The position numbers were made by a program, and so were the translations under genes. The notes under the pieces are model-generated. The model did not search any database. It had not been told where the DNA came from and saw only the letters and a program-made list of their open reading frames with translations. A stretch of DNA of 64,000 bases from Trypanosoma brucei. Taxonomy: Eukaryota. The stretch's first letter is position 1. Each line of letters begins with the position of its first letter. Shown piece after piece: positions 1 through 11,220 of this stretch. Location of the stretch: NCBI GenBank assembly GCA_000002445.1, contig CP000068.1, positions 160,001 to 224,000 on the forward strand, read 5' to 3'.

Positions 1-2089
1 GTCTTTCCGCCGATGCGGCGTATTGGTGGTAACATCAACTTCAAACACCCCGCACTACCACCGCAGTGTAACGGATTGTATACACTACTGGCGTATGATA
101 AACAAAGTGAAGTTATCTACAAACTCGCGTACGTATATATATATATATATTTATTTATTTTTGTATATAAGTTCACTCGTCTGACGTCCCTGCAAATGTG
201 AATTTAGAGACTGGAAGGGGTGAAGGTAACCGCTCTATTTGGTTACACACTACCTATTTATTGTCAGTGGTGTTGGCGCTATTTTGCTCTCTTCCTTTTC
301 TCCCTCTAATTATATTTCTACTCCCCGTACTTATTTATCTATTTGTGTTAATGCACACGGATTCCAGGGTAAAGTGCAGTGAAGGCACTAGCAACTGCTG
401 CCACCATTATCATCACAAAGAAGAAAAAGAGGTCAAAAAAACAAAAAAAAACATCAAAAAGAATAGAGGAGGAAAGAAAGAAAAAGTGAAGTGCGTATTA
501 AAAAAAAAGTTTTGCGCCGCACACGTGGAGGAGCCAATTAAGGTGTGATGAATATTTCGATTACAGTCCGTACTGAACAGCGGCAACGGACACAACATAA
601 CGTTTTCAACCGCAGCCTATTGGCGGGAGTAGAGGTATACGGGACAAAAATAAGTGGAAAGGGGGAAAAGGGAAACAGAACGAGAATTCATGCTAACAAC
701 TGACTACAAAGATATGGTACACGCATGTGTTACAAAAGGGGAGGCTAACAAACAGTAACCACCCGTACCACATACAACTTACACTACACGAATGGAAACA
801 CAAAATGAAGTAAAAGAAAGTGAAAGCGACAATGAGGAGCCTCCCCACCCTCATGCGCATACACACCTATCTCCCCTGAATCACTTTGCTCCCAATTACG
901 CGGCTGAACCACATCTCTTTGAAACACCTTCTGAGCACAACCTTCCATCCATGAGAACATACAAATTATATGCATATGTGCTCATCATCGGAAGCTGCAT
1001 TGCATCGGAAGGAGGAAATAGAAATAATAAAAATATCACCACCTATAATCATCATCTCTTTCCCCCTCCCTCAAACTCTTTCTCTGATCACGCAGTCAAC
1101 TGAGCAACTGACTCACGGGTACTTCAACTCACTACATGCTTTCACTTGTCCATATTTCCCTCATGCGAAACATTTCAACTTCGATATTCAATTCCCTTCG
1201 AAACGAAACGGCCACAGGAACAGAAACAGGAAAAAAAACGATAATGGTAACAATTATAATACCTCGTAATTTCACTCGCCTTCCTTGCATTTGATAAGCT
1301 CTACTTGACGTTTTTTTTTCCTTTTTTCCTTTTTTCCTCTTCTTTCTTGTTCCACAAACACACATACCCGTCCCCCACCCCTTAAGTTATTTTTTCATCT
1401 GTTCACACAGAGCCCCTTCACTTAACCGTGAACTAGTGAAAGGATGAGGAGAAGAATGAGGAAATACAACAGGAAAAAAAAAAAGAAAATAGATTTTGTG
1501 GCCGATAACACTCCACTCGTTTTAAGTCACCTAACGCCCAAACAAAAAACATATGCACGTGATTTCAAAAAGTGAAAATTTTTCTTGTTTTTTTTTGTGT
1601 GGGGAGGGGGGGAGGGGCCTCTCCCAACTCCAATCATTCCTTCAAACCGTCACCTTCAAAACTGTTTGAATGCGCCGTTTCGAAGCACCGGTGGTAATCG
1701 CGGTAGTAATAACAGAAGTGAAGAAACCCGAGTGATGAATCAGGGAAAAAAACAACAAAGGGACGAAAGTTTTTTTAAAAAAGAAAAAAAAACAAGAAGA
1801 AATGGCATCACACAAACATATGCGTATATTAACAAATATGCAAATGCGAAAAGCAATGCTGCTCTGTCTCCCTTTTTTGACTTAAAATATTCGCTAATAT
1901 TGCAACAATGATCCCCTCCCCTCCTCTTCATGTCGTACGTCAAATACTTCTCATTTCGGAACAAATACGCACCACACGACTGAAATTATCCCCTCACCAC
2001 CTGTGGTTACAATTCAATAACCATTCACCAATTATAAATGCTACCGTCCGCAAGTAACACCAAACCATCTGTACATTTTACCCTTCACA

Positions 2090-2473
2090 TCACTTCAATG
2101 CTTCAGGCCTTGCAATAAGCACCGTTTCGTAATGGCTGCGGCAATACAAATCCCAATAGAAAAGTCCCCACGTCCAACATCCCACCGCCAATGCTGCACA
2201 ATACAACGGCGTAATGGTCAACAAATTCACAAAATGTGGAATGGCAAATAACCCGCCGAGGTCGAGCTTGCGGACGAGTTCATAATTCATGAAAGCGGCT
2301 TCATTTCTTGCGCCCACTTCTGCGCCTTTAGCACTGGCCTCATATGCATGAGAAGAGCGAACATGCGCATGCATCGGTTGCATGGATGTTTTTGGTTCCG
2401 TCACTGCCGCAGATGAGAGACGTACCCGAGACGGAGCAGTTGCAGTGGCAAGTCGAATGATTGAGCGCCGCAT
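2090..2473 (-). CDS. Candidate small protein (127 aa) with Arg-rich amphipathic N-terminus (mitochondrial presequence-like, MRRSIIRLATATAPSRVRL) and a C-terminal hydrophobic segment; function unknown
   Basis: Only sizeable ORF in an otherwise low-complexity 5-kb spacer; codon composition looks coding-like; N-terminal MTS-like and C-terminal TM-like segments seen in translation. No family recognised. Confidence 0.35.
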   Translation of the reverse strand: MRRSIIRLATATAPSRVRLSSAAVTEPKTSMQPMHAHVRSSHAYEASAKGAEVGARNEAAFMNYELVRKLDLGGLFAIPHFVNLLTITPLYCAALAVGCWTWGLFYWDLYCRSHYETVLIARPEALK

Positions 2474-3198
2474 AATTTTGAAATGGGGCTTTTTGGTTAT
2501 TATATTTGATTTCTAAAACAAAAAAGTAAAAAAAATAAGAAAATAAATGAGTTTTCTGAGCTGATTTATAAGCTGTGATTTTACCAACTACTGCTTTCTT
2601 TGAAAGTTACTTCCTATGTATTCGACCTCCTTCCTGTTGAGGAAATGATACAGTAAGATTGATTTGACGTTGTTTTTCTTCTTTTAAAAATAAAAAAAAT
2701 AAAAACCAAAGCAAAGCGAAGAAGGAGGGGGAAAAAAAAAGCAACATAAACAAGGAATAAATAACAAAACAAAGAGGGAAAACAGGAAGAGAAAAGGATC
2801 AATGAAAGGAAGTTAAGAAATAATATAATATGTTAACTGTTGTGTGCACAGACGAGAATGGGAAAATACAAACAAACACTTCTATTTAAAAAATACACGC
2901 ATTGATATGCCCAATTTTGAACGTCATTCGGCGCACTGCAAATGAAATGAATAAATATACGCGCGACTGCATATAGAAACGCTCAAAGTGCTGCGCATAC
3001 CACACAAAAAAAACAAAATAAAATAAATTTACACGTTTGCGCTTCCCCTACAGAAGATATCGCACACGCCGCAAGAAAATGGAAGAGAGGTGCTTTTATA
3101 AAGTAACACGTAACTGCACTCTACGAGCGTAGTTGCTTGCTTATCATCCTAATCAATAAATAAATAAATGTATAAAATATATTTATGCTCATGTGGAC

Positions 3199-3236
3199 AT
3201 ATATATATATATATATGTGTGTGTGTGAGAGAGAGT
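3199..3236. repeat. Compound (AT)n(GT)n(GA)n microsatellite in low-complexity spacer
   Basis: atatatatatatatatgtgtgtgtgtgagagagag read directly. Confidence 0.9.
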
Positions 3237-4932
3237 TTGCTTATGTTTTCTACTTTTCCATCTTTAAAGGGAAAAAAAAACTTTGCAATAGGGAACAGGA
3301 AGAACTTCAACTAACGCACCATAAACTTTCAAAAAAAAAGTGATAGAGAAAGAGAAAGAGGGAGAACAAAACGGAGAGGAGTGGGGGAGAAAAAAGAAAA
3401 CTAATAAAACTAACTATACGGGAATGAAAAAGAAAAAGAGGGAAGGAGGCACAAAAATTATACGAAATGAAGCAATAAATACAAAGCAAACATATGCGAG
3501 ACGTGATGAATCCCCAACATGTCATTCGCAATTGTGCAAATCACCAAAACAGAATAAGTGAATGGACGCAAGAAGAAAAAAGAAATGGAAGAGGAAATAG
3601 GTGCGCACTACGTTACATACGCTTCCGGCTGTGTGGTGTTTCTTTTTGCTTACCGACAGTACTGTAATCCATCGCATTATTCGGCTCTTTCATAAATTCT
3701 TCTCTCTTTATTTCTTTCTATTTCAATATATTTATTCATATACGTACATGTGTGCATGTGACTTGTTTTGGTTTGATTAGGTTTGGTTTGCATCACTCCC
3801 TTCATTATTTAATCATATTTTTATTATTTCCTCTCACATTGCATCCAAGAAGAAACACACACATACATTCCCCAACATCCATCTCTCTTTTTGATTCCTT
3901 TTCCATTCCCTCCTCTCATCCAAGTTAATTATTCGAAACGACCATTTTTTCGGTGTTAAATTTATCATCATCAATTTATATATATATATTTATATAAATA
4001 TAATTACCGGCAATCCGTCAACTCTAAACATAGCCTTATGTTACAAAAAAAGAAAAAAAAACACAAATTCTTCTTCTGCATTCCCCTGCCGTTTTGTTCG
4101 GTATCACTTGCCGCCTCTCCGTCTCTAACGGCACCGCACGCATTACACCTCAGTGAATATCAATATGCAAAACAGAGCTGCATGTTGGGCTTTATTTTCT
4201 TTTACGGAGGGACGGAAGATTTAAAAAAAACAAAAGAAAAAAAATGCAGGCACAGACACAAGCGCACATATTGTGCAAAAAAAAAAAAAAAGGACAAATT
4301 CCCACGCTGCTCAGCACCGTTCACACACGCGCATCACACGGTAACCCACAATCGTTGTAACTAGCAAAAATGATGATGATGATAATAATAATAATAATAC
4401 AGTGGCAATTGTACTGCCCATTACGACATGCTGCCGCTCGTCATTACTATTTCAAAGGTTTACATCCGCAACATTTTTTCCGTCAACAAAAGTAAAGAAA
4501 GGGACAGAAAGCATCAAGCGTGGTCTGCATCAACCCAACAGCACAATCTGAAGAAAGAAAAACAAAAAGACAGTCCGCCCAAAGAAAACGAAACACACTC
4601 GCATACGTGAAGACATGTACATACCTTCCAAACGGCGCAAATACGGACTAATTGATATAACAAAAATAATAATAATAATAACAATAATAATAATAAAAGG
4701 AAATTCGAGCCATTTAATCGCACAAAAGAAATTTGGAATTAGGTAACGAAACGTTGAAAACAGAACCTGCCGAGTCTTTGCCTAAACTTCCATGAAATAA
4801 TGAGAGCGCGGGAAGGGACCGAGATTAGAAGAACATGACAGGAAAAGAGGGCCGCTAAAAAAAAAAAAAGACTCCCGCATCCGCCTATGCAAAATCATGG
4901 TCCCCTCCCGCCGCGCACTACCTCCACTAATG

Positions 4933-6528
4933 CTACCTAAATCCGCTACTATTATTATTATTATCATCAGAGGTACTATCACTACTGCTATTGTTGTCAA
5001 CGCTATTGCTATCAACGGTACCACCAACACCTGAGCCCAAACTGCTATTCATAATGTTCGGGTCTGCGCCGACTGCTGGCACCTTCGCATCACCAACATT
5101 ACCACCACAACTATCGCTGACGGCACGGAATACAGAAAGTGCCTGAGCTGTAAATGCAGCGGGGTCACTAACCGGCAGCCCTGAACCTCCACCACCAAGC
5201 ACCACAGTATTGGACCGCCGCGCAAGCTCCCCAAACTTCTCAATATATTCCTCCGCCACCCGTAGCGCCACCGCGTCACGGAAACTTTGGGGATTTGGTG
5301 ATGCATTAAATGCATTGGCAACCGTCCCAACACTGCGACCGACCGCATCCGCCTTTAATGCCATCGCCGCCGCCTCCGCCTCTGCGCGAAGAACCGTGGC
5401 ATATTTTTGTGCCCGTGCAGCAAGTCGCTGCGCTCGCCGGAGTCCTCCCGCCCGATTAATCCCCGCCTGCGCCTCACCTTCACTCTGCAATATCAGTTGT
5501 CGCTTACGTCGTTCCGCATCGGCCTGCAGGTCCATAGAGCGCCGAACCAACTCACTGACAGTGATGTCGCGTATCTCATAGCGTTTGCATTCGATTCCCC
5601 AATCTGCTGCTTCACTCCGAAGCACCTCAACGATGTTCTTGTTGAGTGACGCCCTCTCGCGAAACAGAGTGTCAAGGTCAAGTCGTCCAATCTCGCTCCG
5701 CATTGTTGTCTGTGCTAGATTGAGCAAATTGTAAATGGGATTCTCAATGTTGTAGCTGGCCTTGCACGTGTCCACGATGCGAAGGAAGAGCACACCATCA
5801 ATCTCAACCATAACATTGTCACATGTGATGGCTGATTGGTTTGGTATCTCGATACCTTGCTCTTTTACGCTGTACGCGTACCGTATCTTATCCACAAACG
5901 GGATCACAAACCACCAACCGGGGTCTAATGTGCGGTGGTACCGCCCGAGACGCTCCACAACATATTGACGACCCTGTGGGACAATGTTCAAAATAGTGTT
6001 ACGCGGCACTCGCTCAATGAAAGAGGAGGGATGAACAGGGGAACGGAAGGGGCGGGACACAAACGGCAGTCGACCCGAACCAACAGGACCGCCACCACCA
6101 GCGCCACCACCAGCGTTCCCACCGCTACCTGCAGCAACGGCGTTGCTGTTATTGTCGATAGAATAGTTGGGATCACCACTTCCAGCATAATATCCGCCTC
6201 CCATGTAATTCGAGGCAGCACCGCCGTATGGAGACGGAGGCTGGGAGTAGTTGTAACCGCCTGCACCGGCACTACCGGAGTGGTACATTCTGAAGGTGCC
6301 ACCCAACGAAGTGGCACTAACCCCGCACCCGCTTGACACCGACACGCCACATCTGCGAAGTCCGCTACCGACGAGGCTGATGGCTCTCACACCAGCGGCG
6401 GTACAATCAAATGAAGCGGTGGTGCCTCGGGGAAGAGTAGGCGGTGGAGTGTAAACAATACATGTTGGGGCAACATGCGTGCCGGGGAGGGAAAGCGTTC
6501 GAGACGAGTGCACCAAACTACGTAACAT
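4933..6528 (-). CDS. Stomatin-like protein (SPFH/band-7 domain; SLP-2-like, probably mitochondrial) with G/Y/N-rich low-complexity N-terminal region
   Basis: Translation contains a clear SPFH/band-7 core (…IVPQGRQYVVERLGRYHRTLDPGWWFVIPFVDKIRYAYSVKEQGIEIPNQSAITCDNVMVEIDGVLFLRIVD…ASYNIENPIYNLLNLAQTTMRSEIGRLDLDTLFRERASLNKNIVEVL…) followed by the Ala/Arg-rich coiled region typical of stomatin-like proteins. N-terminus MLRSLVHSSRTL is presequence-like. A purine-rich tract (pyrimidine-rich on the coding strand) lies just upstream of the ATG. Confidence 0.85.
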   Translation of the reverse strand: MLRSLVHSSRTLSLPGTHVAPTCIVYTPPPTLPRGTTASFDCTAAGVRAISLVGSGLRRCGVSVSSGCGVSATSLGGTFRMYHSGSAGAGGYNYSQPPSPYGGAASNYMGGGYYAGSGDPNYSIDNNSNAVAAGSGGNAGGGAGGGGPVGSGRLPFVSRPFRSPVHPSSFIERVPRNTILNIVPQGRQYVVERLGRYHRTLDPGWWFVIPFVDKIRYAYSVKEQGIEIPNQSAITCDNVMVEIDGVLFLRIVDTCKASYNIENPIYNLLNLAQTTMRSEIGRLDLDTLFRERASLNKNIVEVLRSEAADWGIECKRYEIRDITVSELVRRSMDLQADAERRKRQLILQSEGEAQAGINRAGGLRRAQRLAARAQKYATVLRAEAEAAAMALKADAVGRSVGTVANAFNASPNPQSFRDAVALRVAEEYIEKFGELARRSNTVVLGGGGSGLPVSDPAAFTAQALSVFRAVSDSCGGNVGDAKVPAVGADPNIMNSSLGSGVGGTVDSNSVDNNSSSDSTSDDNNNNSSGFR

Positions 6529-6564
6529 AAATGAAAGGATAACGGTGCGATACGTATATCTCTT

Positions 6565-6612
6565 TTACAAAGAGAAAAAAAAAAGAAACAAATAAAACAA
6601 AACAAAGGAGAG
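6565..6612 (-). promoter_or_regulatory. Polypyrimidine tract (on minus strand) upstream of the stomatin-like CDS; candidate trans-splicing/polyadenylation signal
   Basis: Plus strand reads aaagagaaaaaaaaaagaaacaaataaaacaaaacaaaggagag immediately 5' of the minus-strand ATG at 6528. In trypanosomatids poly-Y tracts direct spliced-leader addition. Confidence 0.5.
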
Positions 6613-7252
6613 CACTATGGGGAGAAGGGTGATGAGGAAAGGAACAGTATGATATATGCATAGCAACAATAGCACCAACAACCGGAAATTATTTGAGGGA
6701 AAAGGGACGAGGCGTATGCACGCAATTATGTCGGGGGTTTTACCAAGATTTACTCCCAATGTTTGTTTTAATCCCGTTGTGAGGTGTGAGCGTAGATATC
6801 CGTCTATACGAATAGGTAAAAAAAAAAGTGGAAAGAAGGTGAAAATAGGGGGAAACGCTAGTAGATCAACATTAGGGAGAACTTAGAGGAAATAAGCAGA
6901 CCCGTTTGGCGACAACACCAGCATCAGAGTCCCTGCAAATTCATGACAGTAGTTGTCGTGACAACAGGTATAAAATATTTAACAATGTGTCCAAGCAAAG
7001 ACTGAACAGAACGGTTATGGAAGGAAAACAAAAAAGCAAATACAAAAACAAATAGCACGAAAGAGGTCACAGATGTATCAGTCGAGTTGAAAGTATGCCG
7101 TGGCCTCCAGTTATGTGGAAGAAACTCTCCAAGGGGTGACATAATAGGGCGTAACAAGAGTTTGCATACTTTCTTTTCAAATAAACACACACGCATACGT
7201 GCATGTATGCACTATACAAGCGCTGTTGACGACGCTAACATTACAAATTACA

Positions 7253-9238
7253 TCAGACGCTAGTTTTGTTGTTGTTGCTGCCCCCGTCACCGTCGCCGTT
7301 ATTTCCGCCTGCGCTGTTCCCGCTGCTACCGGTGTCGTTATTGTTAGCTCCCTTACCTGAGAGAACGGACTCGTAACCGCGACCCACAATCAGCAGCTCC
7401 CTCAATCGCGTGACAGCAACCGCCCGCTCTCGATCCGTTAAAACATGTTCATAATGCGCGGGATGCACTGGCACACCCGAATCACCACATCCCCCCATGT
7501 CCCCATTGCCCTCACATGCAGATGCGGCTGCGGCCAGACTCTGTTCCTTATGTAGTTCCCGTATGGTTGAAGCCACCGTGCCGTCAGCAATTTCCCTCTC
7601 CCGTACCTCGTGGAGCATTACTAAATGATGTAGTAGCATAGATCTCCCAACGGCATCCAGCACGTAATTAGGAGTGAGACCCAACCGTTCCGCTTCCTCG
7701 TTGCGTCCTGACGGGGGTATGGGCGGCATGCACAAGAGCCGGAAGAAGTGCTCCCAGAAAGCACCACCAACGTAGAACCTGTAGTACCGTAGTGCGAATG
7801 GAAGGCAGAGACTCCGCATAGGATCCTCAGTAAGGTCTCCATGTTGTTGCGCCGCTTGAGCCCGCGAAACAGTTGCCGTCACCTCCTTTGCGAAAACGGT
7901 ATGTGCTATACACTCCGTGATGTATGCAACAGTTTCTGCATCCGCAACACTGCTATAACTACAACTGCCGCTGTTGACGCCATTAGGACAGTTAAGAGAA
8001 CCACCATTGTCGCAGCGGCATGCCTCCACTACACGTTTTAACAGTAACGGCCTGTCATGGGCAAACGTCTCAGCCAGCGGGAAGGGTTCATACCGCTTGA
8101 GTAGTGAACGGTAGTAAATCACCTCCATATCATTTAGTGCTGCCCAGGAGGCAGCAGAGGTGTACAGTCGAAGTCGATCCTGCTGGAGCTGCCGGAACTG
8201 TTCTTCCTTCTGTCCTTCATCTCGATTTGGCTGCTGTTTCGTATCGTCGCTGTTATGGTTGGTACGCGTGTTGCTCTTTGGTGCCAGCAGAGCAGCTAAG
8301 TTCAACAGTGAAGACACCGCCCGCTCATCCTCCCGCATGTTTACCAGCAATGACGCCCTCCATAAGTACAACGACACGATCTCCTCCCGCAGTGCAGCCT
8401 CTTCTAACAGAGGATTCACTCCACCTCCTCCCACAGCGCTTTCACTACCGTACTTCAATGCGGCGGGGCTCACCTCGCAAGCTTCACCACCTGCACTATA
8501 AGAGTAATAGCCACTATCACCACCTCCTCCTCCATTGAAACCAACATGACAGCCAATGCTCGTGGCGCTAGCATCACTGTACTGATGTTGAAGTTGAAAA
8601 GCGCTGCTCAATACGCGACCACCTGCCGCCAAACGAATCTCTGCATCAACTAACTGCTGAATTCCGTGAACAGCCGCCGCCAACCTCTCCTCGCGAGCTA
8701 GTTTAATCAACCCCCGAATTTTCGGTGTAGGGGCATCATCGACTTCATAAGCGAGACGTACTGCAAGCACCTCCGCGCCTTTGGTTATCGGCCGCATGGC
8801 AAAGCAACGGGGGAAACGGCACACGCTACTACCCTTTATAGTCATGCTGAGCATGGAAGCCGCATCACTGGTGCCGGATGTTGTGGTGGAAGTGGGGCCC
8901 ATCTTAGAATTATCAGATACATGGCCGCCGCTTGTGGCCATGTGCGGTCCATCACTCGGCTCAATCCTTTCACAGCAACAGCAGCGCCCGCTGGCACCAC
9001 ACCGATACTGCAGATCAAAAACGGTGTGGCGAATGCCCATCTCCCGATGCAGTGCTTCCGCCTCACTGCTCGCGGGACCGACCGAACCGAACAAACGCCG
9101 ATGCACCACCTGCCGCAACTCTGCTGTAGTTGGAGCCTGTGGGAAGCTTTTGATTAAATCACTGCAGTCGACCTCGGCACGGGGTAATTGCCGCTTCGAC
9201 TTCCATGCGCCCATGACGTGCGAAAAGAACGTCCTCAT
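7253..9238 (-). CDS. Hypothetical protein, 661 aa (alternative start at 9214 would give an MGAWKSK… N-myristoylation-type N-terminus)
   Basis: Long uninterrupted minus-strand ORF in the same orientation as neighbours; no recognisable domain from sequence alone. Contains a CCCC motif and a C-terminal N/G/S-rich tail. Confidence 0.6.
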   Translation of the reverse strand: MRTFFSHVMGAWKSKRQLPRAEVDCSDLIKSFPQAPTTAELRQVVHRRLFGSVGPASSEAEALHREMGIRHTVFDLQYRCGASGRCCCCERIEPSDGPHMATSGGHVSDNSKMGPTSTTTSGTSDAASMLSMTIKGSSVCRFPRCFAMRPITKGAEVLAVRLAYEVDDAPTPKIRGLIKLAREERLAAAVHGIQQLVDAEIRLAAGGRVLSSAFQLQHQYSDASATSIGCHVGFNGGGGGDSGYYSYSAGGEACEVSPAALKYGSESAVGGGGVNPLLEEAALREEIVSLYLWRASLLVNMREDERAVSSLLNLAALLAPKSNTRTNHNSDDTKQQPNRDEGQKEEQFRQLQQDRLRLYTSAASWAALNDMEVIYYRSLLKRYEPFPLAETFAHDRPLLLKRVVEACRCDNGGSLNCPNGVNSGSCSYSSVADAETVAYITECIAHTVFAKEVTATVSRAQAAQQHGDLTEDPMRSLCLPFALRYYRFYVGGAFWEHFFRLLCMPPIPPSGRNEEAERLGLTPNYVLDAVGRSMLLHHLVMLHEVREREIADGTVASTIRELHKEQSLAAAASACEGNGDMGGCGDSGVPVHPAHYEHVLTDRERAVAVTRLRELLIVGRGYESVLSGKGANNNDTGSSGNSAGGNNGDGDGGSNNNKTSV

Positions 9239-11220
9239 TTCCTCCGGTTGAATTTGCGGGACAAGTCACTTACAGCCGTGCGCTGCGGTGTTATCCCTTG
9301 CGTTTTGTGTCCCTTCCCCTCGCTGGAGGTGCAGTACGCACTATTTTTCTTTTTTTCCTTAGACTTCTTCTTCCCTTTATCGTCAGCACACTTCCGCTTG
9401 GCCCTGTCAGGTAACGACTCCCTTCCCCTTATTTTGTTTTCTCCGTTTGGGTGGAAAATGAGTGGGGATGTTTCTTTCGTTGTATGTTTAGAGAGAAAGG
9501 CCCGAATGTTTCCGTCGGGGCACAAAAAGAGATATAACAGTAGACGAGGCAGATGCAAGTGATAGTACAGGCCTCTGGTATGCAAACAAAAATGGCTAAG
9601 CATATGCATCTGTGTAGCTTTAAATACACAATGATGTGTTTACGCACAACAGTAGCAGCCATCCTTCTTGTGTGGATAGTAGCGCGGCAAATCCGAAAGC
9701 GGAGCAAATCACAAACGGAAGGGACTGGTGACAAGTACCAAAATAAAAAGGTAGCACGTGCGTTATTTGCACCGTAAGAGGATGACAAGAAAGCGGAGGG
9801 AAGGACATCCTGTGCGTGTGAAGTTGCACCCAATAGCGAATAGAAGCGAAGCAAAAAGGAAGGAAGAGGAAGAAAAAAAAAAGTCAAATGTGTGACACAA
9901 AACGGAACATCTCCCGGTGAGTTCAAATTCCATCGGGCCTTCCCTGCGCCCTCAGGAATAAGCAGGGGCATTTGAGCCATTATCCTAAATATCTCTTGGT
10001 GTCGAGGCACATCATCTCCCTCTGAACCCTTCAATTCCTTCATCTTGTTTTATCAGACGTGGCGCAAGGGAGGAAAAACACCACAGAATCAGTTCGGAGA
10101 TAGTTTGACTCATGAAGGTAAACAAATGATTCCCAACAAAATGGGTTTCACTCCCAACCCCGACCTGTTACACATGTAAAGGAGGTTTAAAAAATAAATC
10201 TCTCGTCCTCTCCCCCCCCCCTGAGGATACGACGGCTCATGCGACCCCACCTCGTGAAAGCACACGTTACCTTGTTTTTACTTTCTGATTTCCCGTTCTC
10301 TCTCTTCGTTTGTTTGAGCTTTCCCCCCCCCTCCGCTTGCCCTGTTACTCCTCAACCCACTCTTCAAATCCCAATGGAACCTTTTCTCTCTTCACACTTG
10401 AAATTGATGCAGCTAATTGACGGCAGGCCACATATCCTCCTCATTTCAGTTAAGCTCCCCAAACTCCCAACTTAAGTCTTCCTTCCTTCCTTCCTTTTCT
10501 CCTTTCTGCTGCCCCCCTCCCGCTACACCTCCCGTGCGAACATATGAACCCCCACTTCAAACACCGTTAACACGGACAGACACTCAGCAACGGCGATCAT
10601 CATAGTAAAGATGGTAATGAAGAAGAACCTTTAAAAGTGACACCAAACCGATACAAAAGAGCAAGAAAAAAAACAGGCACTCACCAAGAATTCAAAGCAC
10701 GTTGGAGTGGGGTCACAACACCAAACTAATTCAACGCTCACACAACAGTTTGCCTCATGCATTTAGGGAGTCATTTAACCTCAAAGGAAAAGAAGGAAAT
10801 CACAGCAACCCCCCTGCAGATGACACAAGTGTTTAGTTTGGCATTTCACTCATCCATCAGTCACCACCACGTCTTTTCTCACAGTCCCACAACATTTACA
10901 TATATATATATATATATATACCGGCACACCGCAGACATTATCGGCAGGGCCAATAAACGAGATAATGCAGATGTGCAACAATAACAATAACAGCACGAAT
11001 GAATGAATGAATGAAGCGGAAGGGAACGAAAGTAAAGCTAAAGGCCAAGCAAGAAGGCAAGGAAACAGCGCTGGTGTGGATGATGCTCAGAAGCCGTGGG
11101 AGCCTCAACCTCAACAATAATAGTGCGAAAGAAATTATGCACGCACGTATGTGCACATAAGCGCAACCGCACGGAGGAAAGATCAAAAAAAAAAAAAGGA
11201 GATTCGTCTCCGCGGCCTGC

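Noticed and set aside
5049-6350. Multiple 100-130-aa ORFs on both strands inside the stomatin-like gene (and similarly inside the 2127-aa, 661-aa and 505-aa genes)
   Set aside because: Nested or antisense chance ORFs within GC-rich coding sequence; the long frame with recognisable domains is the gene.
9429-10043. 204-aa minus-strand ORF and overlapping 124-aa ORFs around 9.2-9.6 kb
   Set aside because: Low-complexity, hydrophobic junk translation located in the spacer upstream of the 661-aa gene; no coding-like composition.
10200-10560. Long CT-rich, (TTCC)n tract on the plus strand
   Set aside because: It is pyrimidine-rich on the non-coding strand relative to the flanking minus-strand genes, so it is not a spliced-leader acceptor tract for them; treated as ordinary low-complexity spacer.
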